Positions 12,643-25,525 of a DNA stretch of 64,000 nt are shown piece after piece. Below the pieces are notes generated by a model. That model was not told the origin of the DNA and did no database searches. It saw only the letters and a program-made list of their open reading frames with translations. Origin of the DNA: Camelus dromedarius (taxonomy: Eukaryota); NCBI RefSeq assembly GCF_036321535.1, contig NC_087447.1, positions 37,450,001 through 37,514,000 of the forward strand, read 5' to 3'. A program made the position numbers and the translations under genes. How positions within the stretch are numbered: position 1 is the first letter of the stretch; every line of letters begins with the position of its first letter.

Positions 12643-13059
12643 TTTAGGAAATAGTCCTCTATTCTTATTATAGGCTGGTTATTGATTATTTCCACTGACA
12701 TTGGGCATATGTAACTTCCCCAAGATCACACAGATAGCAGCACTTCAATTTGAATGAAATTTTGTCTTAGATCACACCTAAGATCTATATTATGTGTGAA
12801 GGAAGACACTGTCTCTGATTTTGAGATGGTCATATTCTAGTGATAAAAACAGATAACAATTATAATACACTATAATGATTCTATAATAAAGATTGTGCAT
12901 TTTGAAAGAGAAGGTATATTTCTTGTTCATCTCTTGGTACCAGTATCTCCAGTACTCAAGTTAATATTTTTTGCTTCCAAAAATGTAATAGAAACACAGA
13001 AGGGAATGCTTACTCTGCCTATGCTTAAGGTAGATGGTGGAGGTAGAAATGTAGTCAGA

Positions 13060-14830
13060 GTATGTGACTATATATACTGTAAATCCTAAAGCAACCACAA
13101 AGAGGCATATCCAATAAACAAATAATGGAGATAAAGTGAATCATTAAAAAAATTCAAGCTATCCCAAAATAGGCAAGAAAAGAATACAAAGGAATCAAAT
13201 AACAAATATAAAATTGAATAGGAAATAAGCAGTAAGATGGTAAAATTAATTCAAGAATATTGATATTTATATTAAATATAAGTGATCAAAATCAAATTAT
13301 AATACTGGATAAAAAATCAAGGAACAACTGTATGATATCTACCTAAAACACAGAGCCACAGATATTGCAAAAGTAAAAGGATAGAAAAAGATATACCATG
13401 CAAGCACTAATCAAAAGAAAGCTGGCTATGTCAGTATCAGGAAAGGTAGACTTCAAACAAAGAATATGACCAGGGATAAAGAGGAATACTAAATCATGAT
13501 TAAAATGTCAATTTACCAAGAAGACATAAGAATGCCAAATCAGTATCCATCAAACAACTGGGCTTTAGAACATAAAGAAATAACTGACAGACCTAAAAGT
13601 ATAAAAATATAAATTGAAATCTACAATTATAGCTGGAGATTTCAATATTCCTTGTTCAGTAATAGACATAATTAGTAGGCATAAAATCTGTAAGGATATA
13701 GAAAACGCAAACAATTCTATCAACCTACTTGATCTAACTGACATTTATATAGAACATTCCACCAAACAACAGTAGGATACATATTCTTTTCCAGTGCACA
13801 TGAACATTCACCAAGATTTAGGGCCCATATTCTGGGCCCTAAAGCAAACCTTAACACATTTAAAAGAATTAAAATCACACTAACTATGCTTCATAGCAAA
13901 GAAATAAATTAAATTAGAGAAGATATCTTAAATAAATTAAATAACAGGAAGATATCTTCATAATATTCAAATATTTGGAAATTAAACAATCTCTTTCTAA
14001 ATAACATAAGGGTCAATGAGGAAGTTTTCAAGAGTAATTAGAAAATATTTTGAATTGAATGAAAATAAAAACACAACATATCAATATTTGTATTATATAG
14101 TTAAGTAGTGTTTAGAGCAGAAGTGCACAAACTACAGTAGTATACCCCTCAAGCTAATATTTCTTTTTTCATTTTTAAATGGTTGGAGGAAGGAAAAGAA
14201 GAAGAAAGAGGAGGAGGAAGAGGAGAAAAGGGGATGGAAACTATTCAACAGGGGTCATATATAGCCTGTGAAGTCTAAAATATTTACTGTTTGGCTTTTT
14301 ACACAAAACATTGCCCAACCCCTTGTTCAGAGGGAAATGAATGCAACAAATACATATATTAGAAATCAAGAAAGTTCTCAAGTTAATAATCTAAGTTTCA
14401 ATCTCAAGAAGTTAATAAAAGAAGAGTAAAACTCAAAAAATGCAAAAAGTATATAATAAAGATAAAAGTAGATGTAATCAATATCAAAAAAGAAAAACTG
14501 TAGCGAAAGTCAGTAAAACCAAAGACTGGTTCTATGAAAAGATCATTAAGTCAATAAACCTTTTGGCAGACTAATCAAAAGAGATAGAGAGAAGGCACAA
14601 ATGACTAATGTTAAGAAAAAGAGCACAAACCTACAAATATTAAAAAGATAAATTATGAAAATTTATAAATTTGAGAATTTAGGTCAAATGGACACATTCC
14701 TTGAAAGACAAAAATTACCAAACTCACTCAAGAATTACATCTATAGTTAAATTTCACTTTAATTCCAACCAAAAGTCTAGAATGATTTCTAGACAACTTG
14801 ACATGCTAAATCTAAAATTTATATAGAAAA
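13060..14830 (+). mobile_element. Decayed L1 ORF2 endonuclease region
   Basis: A-rich; TIIAGDFNI near 13623-13649 and DLTDIY...IFFSSAH near 13731-13801 match L1 endonuclease motifs; disrupted by stops and frameshifts. Confidence 0.9.
14118..14324. mobile_element. MER58B/C-like hAT-Charlie element inserted in L1
   Basis: ...ctaaaatatttactgtttggctttttacacaaaacattgcccaacccct end; 8-bp TSD gtttagag (14110-14117) / gttcagag (14325-14332). Confidence 0.8.
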
Positions 14831-14831
14831 A

Positions 14832-15600
14832 CAGACTTTAGAGTCAGACTACTGCCTGCTTTTTGAATGTTGGCTTCACTCCTTACAAACTTCAGCAGAC
14901 TGAGAGTTATTTAAGCAAAACTCCACCCTTGTTGGCAGTCCATTATTTTGTTTACATGTCTACCCTTCTGTCTGGTGGCCCTATCCCTGGTTCCCAGGTA
15001 AATCTTAAGACTGTAATCTCATTCCTTATATCACTGTTTGGTTTACAGGTGAGCAAGGAATCCCATACAGCCTAAGAGGTATGAGTAGGCTTCTATGGGT
15101 GACTTATTAAAGGCTTCCTTGTTGATAAAAAGAGACATATCCCTTCCTTTGTTAGATATGTTCTGGATGAATGTGAGACCTGGAACTACAGTTCTCATGA
15201 AATGAGTTAGTCTGAGGAAGGGTTTGACAAACAGGAAGATAGAACAAAAAGGTGGAAAAAGCATGTATCATAGATGAAGTTGTTAACCTGCTGAATTACC
15301 CAGTCCTGTGAAACCACCATTTGGAGGAACTTGATGTTATATGAGAAAATAAATCATCCTAACTTTTAAAATCATCTTACTCTTGAGTTTCTTGCAATCA
15401 AAGGCATCCTAACTGATAAAACCATGTCTTTAGATAAGCTAATTGCTCTGTGCTTCAGCTTCCTCATTTCTAAATTAAGAATAATAGCAATAATATCTAC
15501 CTCATAGAGTATTTAGGCAGATTAAATGAGATAATGCAAGTATATAGTACAATGTCTAGCAATTACTCAATACATGCTGGCTGCAATTATCATTAGTATT
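14832..15600 (+). mobile_element. MIR split by an MLT1 LTR (pieces ~14832-14886 and ~15420-15600)
   Basis: 5' agactttagagtcagac... resumes as ctctgtgcttcagcttcctcatttctaaa...ctacctcatagag...attaaatgagataatgca. Confidence 0.7.
14890..15418 (+). mobile_element. MLT1J/K-like MaLR LTR
   Basis: atgtgagacctggaactacag...tgttatatgagaaaataaat...ttgcaatcaaaggcatcctaactgata 3' terminus. Confidence 0.7.
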
Positions 15601-15669
15601 AGTGTTAGTATTAGTATATGGGCTCTCTTCTTTGAAAATGGGGAAAACTCATAACTAAAATGAAGAGAT

Positions 15670-16100
15670 TTAATTCAATCAACAAATACATACTGGCTTC
15701 CTGCTGTATGTCAAGCTGGGACACAATGACCGTGAATGAGTCCTGCCTTCCAAAGCTCACAGACTAGAGGGGAATAGGGCCAAGAAAAGAGGCAATTATG
15801 GTATAGTACTTTAGCAATTTACAGTTGCTTTGACTGGTTAAGTATAGGGTGCCAAGTTTACAAAGAGAAAGAGCCTTTAACCATGGCTTTGGTGGAGTGT
15901 TAAGTCAGTAAGACTTATTGGAAGAGGCAGCATATAAGTTAGGACCTGGAGACCTTGAATGAAATATCCACATGAAGGGGAGCCAGTAGGGTATCTGGAA
16001 GGTGTTCAAGGCAGAGGGAAAAACATAAACAAAGGTTGGGAGCCAGGGAACAGCACAAAGCATTCAGGGAACTCTAAAGCAGTGTGGCTAAGTCATAGAT
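15670..16100 (-). mobile_element. L2 3' region
   Basis: ttcaatcaacaaata...ctgccttccaaagctcacagactagagg...tgttcaaggcagagggaa antisense L2. Confidence 0.7.
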
Positions 16101-16677
16101 TGTCAGGCTGAGAGGTGGAGGAGCACATCGAGGACACTCATGTAAGGTCTCTCTAAGCAATGAAAAGAAGGAACCCGCAGGCTCCTTGGAAAGGTTTCTA
16201 ATTTAGAAACCAGCATAAAGTAGGTCTTAGTAATGAAAACTGTGCTGCTTCTGGTTCATATCTCTAAATATGAATTTGACCTGTTATTTATTTAAGATAC
16301 GAAGCTCTTGCCCATAGATCAAAGACCTCAGTTTAAAAAAAACATAAAATCTGGCTCAAGTTAAGATTGGAACTTTTAAAGTGGGGCAAGTTATAAATTA
16401 ACAAGTTTCCTACTGTATGCATGGATTGGAGGCTTATACTGAATTAGGTCACAGACCTGGACCAGACTAATTGGCCTTGATATTCTGGGTCCCCAAGCTA
16501 TGACAGATATTCTGGGAAAGGCAGAGAGGGAGGCTGGGAAAATGGGCAAGTAGTAAGGTCTGGACAGAAGTAACCAAATTTAGAGACAATCAGTTTGGAA
16601 AGGCTCTCAGAGATGCTCTGGTCAGAGTTCTCAAACTTCTAACAATACGCAATCTTTCTTCAAATGTTCAAGCTTAT

Positions 16678-17201
16678 TTTGGTAGATTGCAAAAATGGTC
16701 AAAAATTTGTCTAATCAATTCTTGCATGCATGCCTTTTATATTTTGACTTTACAGCTTTTCCTATCAAGAGAGTGTCTGTGTCTCCACTCCTTAAATCTA
16801 AGTTTGGCCCTGTGCTTTGTTTTGATCAAAGGAATATTGGCAAACATGATGCAAGCAGATGCTTGGAAAGCATTTGCTCATTGCAATTTATTCCATTTTT
16901 TCTGCTTTTGGGGACCCTAAAATCACCATGTAAATAATCCCAGGCTAATCTTCCAGAGGAAAACAGGCCACTTAAATAAAGGTTCAAACACCTCAGCCAT
17001 CCCAGGCAAGGCTGTCTTAAACTTACCGTCACCAGCTGCCCTCAGTCTCATGAATGAGCCCTGACAAGACAACAAGAAACACCACCCAGCTGAGCTCAGG
17101 AAAAATTGCTGACCTTTAGAATCATGAATGAAACAAACTGCTACTGTTTTAAGCCACTATGCTTTAGCATATTTCGTTATGCAGAAAAAGCTAACTGGTA
17201 C
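16678..17201 (+). mobile_element. MLT1H/G-like MaLR LTR
   Basis: ggtagattgcaaaaatgg...tgttttaagccacta...gttatgcag...gctaactggtaca. Confidence 0.8.
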
Positions 17202-17424
17202 ATTCACTAAAAATTTCCACATCAAAAAACAGGTGAAACAAGACCTGATGATTGAAGTAATAATGAAAGAAATGGAGCTTTGGTCACTGTCTTCCCAAAA
17301 GCCAGGAACACCTCCCTCTCCCCCAGGAGTCACTAAAGAGGGTCTGCAGAATCATTAGATCCCCGAATAAGACTTTGCTGTGTTTGTTCAAGTCCAATGC
17401 CTATTTTATAGATTAGGACACTGA

Positions 17425-17782
17425 GGGGTGACCCTAATTGGCTTAAGTCAATCAGAACACAATGTCTGGCCATGGTTTCTAGGTGACTACATAAAAACAA
17501 ATTAGACCAATGAGACCCTTATGCTGAGAGGATGTAAGATGAGGATCAATTTCAGCCATCCATGAGAGACAAGCCTACCTAACGATGGAGTAATCACAGC
17601 ATACGGCAGAGAGGAAAGATGAAGAGAAAAGTCAAATCCGAAAGACATCATATGGGCTCAGCTGAAGCTAAGCAAGATATGCCTTTAGACTTTCCAGTCA
17701 TATGATGAAAAAATTCCCCTTTGTTGATTAAGCCAGTATGAGCAGTATTTTCTGTCACTTATAACCAAGATCCCTAATTGAC
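17425..17782 (+). mobile_element. MLT1K/L-like MaLR LTR fragment within a minus-strand MIR
   Basis: attggcttaagtcaatcag...ttaagccag...ttttctgtcacttataaccaaga; MIR-like sequence on both sides. Confidence 0.6.
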
Positions 17783-19146
17783 TTGAATATACTTATTCAA
17801 GTTCACTTGGATGGTCAGTACCTAAACTGAGACTCTAGACACTTGATTCCAAATCTTTCTCCCTCACTCTCCAACAGGACAGGATAAAATGTAACAACAC
17901 TTCCATCCTTTGTGTGCCTTACTGAAGAGGACAGAGATCTGGAAATTTTTTCACACGAAGAAGGAAGAAATAGAGATCAAACAGAAAGAATCTTAGAGTG
18001 GCGCACCTGGTGTCAGAAATCTGTGGAAATCCACAAGGGTGAACCGGCAGCATAAGGAGATATGTCAGCAGGTAGAAAGAGTAACTTGAAGCTAAGTCTA
18101 AGCAGTTAGACTGAGCCATTAAATTATGGTTCTTTAAATACCTCTGGGATCAGAATTGGTCTTAGGATGTGGGTGGGAGGTAGGAAGCTTAGCTCTTTGT
18201 GGGATTTAGGTGATCTTAGGAAATAGTGGCTGCACAGGACAGGAAGCCAGGCTGACTATTAACACAAAGGAGACATGAACATGACATGTAGAACTGGGTT
18301 ACCAGCCTGAGATGTCAAAACTCAGACCAGAGCTCTCTCTCTCTGATATGAGCCCATACCACAGTTGGACAAATGCATGTGCTATCTAATCATCAGAAAG
18401 TAAAAATAGGCCTTTCCTTCTTCTACTTGTTTGCAAATTGAAAGTCTAACAACTTTACCACTCAACTGCTTGATGATTAGTAGGCGGTAATTTAAACTAT
18501 ACACATTATGCTAAGTATCCTTGTATTAATTCAGTCTGAGTGAGTTTTTATAAAATGCTTTGTTCTGCTCAATAAAGTTAATTATATGTTCTATGTTTCA
18601 TAACTGAGTGTCTTGATTTTTTAAAACATAATGGCAGCTTCAATTGCGTTTCCTTATAAACTCAGATGTGTAACAAAAAGCAACCCACATAAGGAAGCAG
18701 AGCTGGCCACCCCCCATCACGCGGACCCACCACCCCCAAAGGCTTTACAGAGGTAGGGAATGTCCTATACGTTTGTAAGGGGCTGGCTGTACCCAAGAGA
18801 TCCCAGAGCCAAAGCCCTGAGCAAACAGGACCCTAGGAAGCCTTTCTAATGTGGAAGGGGAAGATGAGATCTGGTCAAGGAACCAAAGCATAAGCATCCA
18901 GGGTCGTTTCTAGTGGGCTCTGAGAACAAGAGGTTAAGAGGTGGCACTTGGCAAATATATAAGCAATTCCACAACACAGGCTGTTCTGGGAAGTGTAGTT
19001 ACTGATGAAACTCATGGATCCGGTGCAGATTCTCTCTCAGACAAGAAGGGGTATGTGCTACACCCACACTGAATCTAAGATCCCAAAAAGGTATGAAGGA
19101 GAAATATCACTTATATGAAGGTTATAAAAGAAATGTGAATTCTTAG

Positions 19147-19230
19147 CCATTACTGAGCACTTATTCTAAGCACTGTACATGTATCAACCCATTTAATCCT
19201 CCTCAGAATCCTATGAGGTAGGTATTATTA
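19147..19230 (-). mobile_element. MIR fragment
   Basis: ttactgagcactta...catttaatcctc...cctatgaggtaggtattatt. Confidence 0.75.
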
Positions 19231-19799
19231 GGTAACTTTGGCATAGAGCCAGGTAGCTAGTACATGGAGTCAAGAGGAAGAGTCAGAATCCTGAGGAGAT
19301 AGTGAAATCAGAGTCAGGCCATCATTACAAAGACACGGGACAGAAACAGCACAGCTAAACATTCCCCATAGCTCCCCAGAGATCACAGGGAAGTGGGAGA
19401 GCTAAAGGCAGAGGTGGGGGAAGCAGAACCCAAATGGGTTTTCAGAGTGGATCTGCTTTCTTTGCATTGAGCACAGGTGGTTTCAGACACATGCAGGAAG
19501 AAAGCTATTAAGGAGTCAATAGATGTTGGTAAAGAACAAGAAAACATATGACTCAGAAAATGAAAAGGGAGACGTGAAAGTTGTTATATGTCTCATTTTT
19601 ATAATAATAACCTAATAGTGTATTTTTCATTTGATCAACACAGTCCATATTTGGTGCATCAGTTTATTTAATTAATGTTATGATCACATTCAACTCAGCA
19701 CAGGGTTTGGCACATGGTAGAAACTGAATAAATACTTGTTAAATAAATAACTTGATTGATGGTTATTTCTAAAAATAACTTACAGGTGCACTGCTGGAT

Positions 19800-20030
19800 A
19801 CAGTTTGGCTTAGTGGAAAGATGATAGAATTGATAGAACAGTATTCAAATATAGATTCCAACATTTTTTTGCCCATGTGCTATTGGACAAGCCACCTCAC
19901 CTCTCTGAGGCTCATTTTTTGCAACAGTAAATGGCATAATAATAAACATTAAGCTTACCCTCCAACCTGTTTCTAAGATCAAGTGAGATAATGCATCTGA
20001 AAGCATTTTAGAAACTATAAAATACCATTT
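19800..20030 (+). mobile_element. MIR
   Basis: ttggacaagccacctcacctctctgaggctcatt...gatcaagtgagataatgcatctgaaagcattt. Confidence 0.7.
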
Positions 20031-20204
20031 CCATGTTAGGTTCCATTAACCTAATTAACCTTCCTGTTTACAAATACATTGCCTTTTGACAGTTAATATT
20101 TCACTTGATTTGTCCATTGGCAATGACATTCAGAGTAGAGCTACAATTCACCAGCCTGGGGTGGCTACACACCAGCTACTGCTTCCTGAAACATTTGTGG
20201 TAGA

Positions 20205-20375
20205 AATAGCCCTGGCCAGGCACTCCGGAAATCCAGGATTTTAACCCCGGGCTCTTCCATTCAACTTGTGTGTGACCATAAACAAGTTAATAAAATCTCT
20301 GAAGCTCAAGTTTCATCCCTCAAAAATAAAGGTGAGAATGATATCTGCCTTATTCACCTTACAGGATTCTGGGGA
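20205..20375 (+). mobile_element. MIR
   Basis: tgtgtgaccataaacaagttaataaaatctctgaagctcaagtttcatc. Confidence 0.65.
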
Positions 20376-21799
20376 GGAAAGGAGGACAGCAGAAAACACA
20401 AGTGTTAAAACGTATCTCTTACCTCCTCTGAATCAGCCAGTACGTAAAGCCATAACACCCCTAAGGTCAGCTGCGGGCACTGGGAGAAGCGGGGACAAAA
20501 ACAACTGGACTCAAACGATCAATAAATGTTTTGAACACCTCTGAGTTCTCAAATTCCAAGGAGGAAAATGAAGATGCATTTCACAGAGGAAAGAGGTACC
20601 ATAAGTAATCCAAAATATTAGGTAATCCCCCTTACCACCTACTGAAGCATTCTTTGTCTAGATGCAACACACATATGCTGACCTATGAAGTGTTGGTATC
20701 AGATTCTCGGGGGCACATTTTCACTTGTATTTTCGGTAATCCTCCCAATAAGCCAGGGAGATCAATGTTCTAGACCTATTTACGAGGGAAACAGCTTCAG
20801 AAAACGTAAATGCCCTGCATCAGGTTCACAGTCTCCAGGGTGATGGGGAAAGTTAGGTGCCAACATCCAAGCCGGGAGTGGAGGGAGGCACACAGCCCTC
20901 TTGGCTCTCCCTTTCCAAGCCTCAGTCTACCCATCCATAACAGTGGACATGAGGGGCTTTTGCTCATGACTGTGGTGGCCTGTGATGTCGAGAAAGCAGC
21001 AGCCTTGTTTCTATTCTGTTCATATGAAGAACTCTCTGAATGATTTACACCTAAAGCCTTTTTCTTCTCTTTATCCCTCTTTGAGCTTATTTTTAGATAT
21101 TTGTCCATTTGGTTATAGGTTTTATTGAGAGCTGACTTTATCAATCATGCCTTGCAAACCCAGGGAAAAAAGACAGACTGAATGTTCACACAATTCTTTT
21201 CTTCAAGGAGAAACTCCTTTTTCCTTCACTTTCTAAGGGGAAAAAAAGTAGTTTTAACCACTAATCATAACTAATGGAAGATGCACTCTGCTATTTCTGA
21301 CTACAATGACTGGAGGCAGACCCCAGGGAAGTCAATATTAGATCAATTTGCAGATAGAGGTTGGGGAAGGTGTAAAAAGCTCCCAGGGTAGGTCCATTGT
21401 AGAGCCCTGTGAGGGCTGCACTTGACCGAAAAACATTTAAATCTATTTTCTTTTGACCTCAGAGAACTCTTAAGTAAAGGCGTGGGGGGGAGTCTTTTGC
21501 AACAGGTCTGGTGTTTTGACATTCATTTCCCAGGGCACAGGCTCTTTCTGAAGGAGGAGAGGGCAAACACTTACAGTTAATGGAAGCCATGCTGGGCAAT
21601 TGGTGTCATCAGAATCCACGGCTGAGCTCAGAGGCAGGGCTAAAAAATTAAAGGGGACACTAAGGGTTGGTACGAGGCTGCACCCCCAGTGAGCCAGGAG
21701 AAGAAAATGAGAGGTGTGGATGACCTAAGCCAAAGACGTTACCCAGAAAGCGGAAGGAGCCCTCAAAAGCAGATGAGGACTTTGGCTTCTAATTGCAGC

Positions 21800-22030
21800 T
21801 AGAATTTAATGAGCACTCAGTATGTGCCTGGCACTGGAGAAAGACAGTGTGTTGTACCTCAGTCTCCCAGCAACCCCATGTGGCAGATGTTATTGCTATC
21901 CCCATCTTAAAGATAAGGAAACTGAGACCAAGAGAACTGAAGTAAAGAGCCAGCTTACAGAACCAGAGAATAACAGAAATGGGACTTAACTATGGACCTG
22001 AACTTAACACCCATGTTTTTAATCATTATG
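21800..22030 (-). mobile_element. MIR
   Basis: atttaatgagcactcagtatgtgcctggcact...tatccccatcttaaagataaggaaactgagac. Confidence 0.8.
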
Positions 22031-22131
22031 TTATCCTGCTTTCCTGCTTTGTTACTAACTCACTGTGCACATGGAGCAAGATTTAGCTTCTCTGAGCTTC
22101 ACTTGTCTAGGTTTTATGCCACTTACAGGTC

Positions 22132-22697
22132 TGTGACGGTTAGTTTTATGCGTCAACTTGACTGGGCCATGGAGCGTCAAGATTAAACACTATTTTGGGG
22201 TGTATCTGGGAGGGCATTTCCCAATGAGATTAGAATTTGAATTGGTGGACTCCATAAAGTAGATTGCCCTCCCCAGTGTGAGATGCATCACCCAGTCCAC
22301 TGAGGGCCTGAACAGAACAAAAAGAGGAGGAAGGAAGGATTTGTTGCCTTCCTGCCTGCCTGATTGAGCTGGGACGTAGGTCTTCTGCCCTTGGATTGGA
22401 ATTTATGTGATCAGATCCTCTGGCTCTCAGGCCTTCAGGCTCAGGTGGAATTACACCATTGGCTTTCCTGGGTCTCCAGCTTGCAGATGGCAGATTGTAT
22501 GACTTCTCAGACTCTATAACTGTAGGAACCAAGTGCTCAAATTCTCTCTCTCCCCGTATCTGTATCTATATACCTACATCTATATTCTTTGTCTATCTAT
22601 ATATTCTATATTATCTATATATTCTATATTTGTACAATCTATACAGATACAGCTATAAGGATATAGATGTGTTCTGTTCCTCTGGAGAACCTGACTT
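22132..22697 (+). mobile_element. MLT2 (ERVL) solo LTR with TA-rich expansion
   Basis: tgtgacggttagttttatgcgtcaacttgactgggcc...gttctgttcctctggagaacctgact. Confidence 0.9.
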
Positions 22698-23096
22698 GCC
22701 TCAGTCATCTGCAGGCTGAATGCTGAAATCCTACTGAGGACCCACTGGGCTAGGATTTCTCTCCTGCTGGAAGATGAGAATACTTGGGGTGCGAATGAGT
22801 GTAGACATAGGGGACCTGTTGTCTGGTTGCCCAATGTCTACCTCTGGTCAACTGTTTCTCCCGTATTATGTTGTCTATAAATTAAATCTCCAAAGACATA
22901 GTCTAATTCCAGTTCAAAGAAATTTAAGCTATTTAACTGAACACTCTTGAATGTTGGTAAGAAGACAATATAAGAACTTAATCGCAAAGGATGAGAGCCT
23001 AGTCTCCCAGGTTCCTTGAGGCACTTAGAAATGGAAAGAAAGCAGATAAGGATCCAGATGAGTATCTGAGGGCATTGTTTTTGTGGATGGAAACAA

Positions 23097-23332
23097 GAAG
23101 CAACATGGTATAGTGGTTAAGTACTCAGTTTTGTGGATTCAGTCAAACCTGAGTTCAAATCCCCATTCCATCCATTACTTAATGGGCAAATTATTAAATC
23201 TAGTTAGGCCTCAGTTTCTTCATCTCTAAAAGAGATGTCTGTGAATAAGACTTGACTCCTAGAGATTTGTGAAGATGCAGGAATGAGGCATATACTGGCT
23301 TAGCCTAGCATACACAAATGTTAGTCATTATT
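23097..23332 (+). mobile_element. MIR, near full length
   Basis: gtatagtggttaag...cctgagttcaaatccc...gcctcagtttcttcatctctaaaa...aaatgttagtcattatt. Confidence 0.85.
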
Positions 23333-23340
23333 GTCACCTC

Positions 23341-23719
23341 TGGTGAAATAAAATTCGTATTTTATGCCAAGACAAGAAAATTAAACAAAAATTTTCTCTG
23401 CCTGTTTGGGTCTCCTCCCTCTCCTTTAGTGTGCGTTGTGCACCTGCACTAACCAGACCTCCTTAGGAGATAATCTTCCTTCTTAGTCTTGTAAGGAGTC
23501 ACAATGACCCACTACTCGCATTGTATGTGTAGATCTGGACGGTGTAAACTGTCAATACATCATTTGACGTATAACTCTTTGTCTCAAAAACTTCTGCAAC
23601 TGTGCTTTGACCTCTGACAGCCCTCAGAGCTTTCTGAAAGACTGTCTCCCAGATTGTAACCCTCAGGTTGGCTCAAATAAAATTTTCCATTTCTTTCTTA
23701 GATCAACTATTGACTAACA
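23341..23719 (+). mobile_element. ERV1-class solo LTR
   Basis: TG...CA termini, 4-bp TSD CCTC (23337-23340 / 23720-23723), AATAAA near 23676. Confidence 0.8.
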
Positions 23720-24239
23720 CCTCCTTAAGGGCAGGTAAAGTGGTTTTGGAGAAGGAAACAGCATTTGATGTGTTGAGAGCATCTGCAACAGAATGGTGGT
23801 AAACTTAGCAGAGAAAGCCCTATCAGAGCATTTGGGGCAGCTTAGCATCTACGGCCCCATTCTGCAAGGAGAAAAGGCTGGGTGATCCCGGCCGTGTTTG
23901 CCTTGCTTTCAGTGAGCACTTCTGGCGCTTGAGCAGAGCAGCCTAGAGTAACAGAAGATCCAGAGACGCAAAGGACAACACTGGAGGGGCTGGGATGGAG
24001 GTGGGGTAGGGACAGGACCTGCTAGTGGATCAAGTGAACCCCAACTAGCATTACAGGATGAGAGAACTTTGGAACACAGCCCACTCTGTGGAGAAAAGGC
24101 AGCACAAGGTGGACCTGCAGGATTGCTTGTCAATGCAAACATCAGAAAAGGGCTTATTCTCATGTACTACAGACTGTGCAGAAGGGTTTTCTCCTCTATA
24201 TCCACTCTCCCTATTCTATAGCAGCTTTAAAGTTTGGAT

Positions 24240-24935
24240 AGGATTGACTCTTCCCCAGCACCAGGTGTGGGGCCTGATTAATCTAAACTGAGGATCAGCA
24301 AATTCTCCTGTAAAGCGTGAGATAGTAAGTATGTTAGGTCTTGTGAGCCAGAAAGTTGCAACTACTCAACTCTGCTACCGCATCACGGAAACAGCCACTG
24401 ACAACAGGTAAACAAAGGGTCTGGCTGTGTTTCAACAAAACTTTATTTATAAAAGCAGGCAGTGGGATGAATTTGGACTGTGGCCATTGTCTGCTAGTCT
24501 AAGTCAATCAAGGTAACCCCATCCATCCTCTTCCAAAATGATGCCTCAACCACATGAGGCATTACTTTCTGGTGGCTACAAGGACCAGCTCTGGAATGGT
24601 CTAATCAGAGTGAATATCAGTAATTCAGTTCGGCAGTTGGCATGGGGTGTGGTAGCGGTGAGGGGGAGGGGGAAGAGGGGCAATGCACTGTTTCTCCCTG
24701 TCCATGAGTAAGAAAATAATCATCAGGAAAGCCAGGCTGAAAAAGAAGCCAGTAAATAGACAAGGAAAAAGCTAGGGTACATCAGGGAAACCAGACTGAA
24801 AGGTTTGATTAAACAATGCCTGAAGCCTGCCCCACATGTTGGATTCATAATGATGAAAGCAAATAAATTCCCATTTAAAAGTCTTTTTGAATTAGATTTA
24901 CTAGTACTATCAACCTAAAGCATCCTAACATACAA
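24240..24935 (+). mobile_element. MLT1K/L-like MaLR LTR interrupted by MER58A
   Basis: cctgattaatctaa...[insert]...gtctaagtcaatcaaggtaaccccat...gcaaataaattccc...aaagcatcctaacataca. Confidence 0.6.
24289..24497. mobile_element. MER58A hAT-Charlie element
   Basis: ttgcaactactcaactctgc...ggctgtgtttcaacaaaactttatttataaaagcaggc, MER58A core. Confidence 0.85.
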
Positions 24936-25020
24936 ACTGGAGATCCTATTAACTAACTAATGGAAGGAAAAGAAGACTGCTTTTCCAGCAATTAAAATAA
25001 AACAATAAAACACTAAAATG

Positions 25021-25525
25021 TGTGATGGCTAATTTTATGTGTCAAGCTGACTATGCCACGGGATGCGCAGATATTTGGTGAAACATTATTTCAGGGGGTG
25101 TGTGTCAGAGTGTTTTGATTAAGATTAACACTTGAATTGGTAGACTGAGTAAAGCAGATGTGGGTGGGCCTCATCCAGTCAGCTGATGGCATGAAAATAA
25201 TAAAAGATTGAAAAAGAAAGAATTCTCTCTCTCTGCTCGACTGCCTCCCAAGTGGGACACTGATTGGTCTTCTCCTGTCTTCAGATTTGGACTCAGACTG
25301 GAACTGACACCATTGGCTCTCCTAGTTCTCAAGCCTTGGACTTGGTTTGAAAGTTTATATCATCAGTTCTGCTACTAAGGACGTTGGACCCAGACTGGGA
25401 CTGAATCATCAGCTCTTCTGGGTCTGGACTTCTCAGCCTCCATTCATCGTGTGAGCCAGTTCCTTGCAGTAAATCATAAATGTATCCTGTTGGTTCTGTT
25501 TCTCCGGAGAACCTTGACTACTGCA
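25021..25525 (+). mobile_element. MLT2 (ERVL) solo LTR
   Basis: tgtgatggctaattttatgtgtcaagctgact...tcctgttggttctgtttctccggagaaccttgacta; near-TSD aaatg/agatg. Confidence 0.9.
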
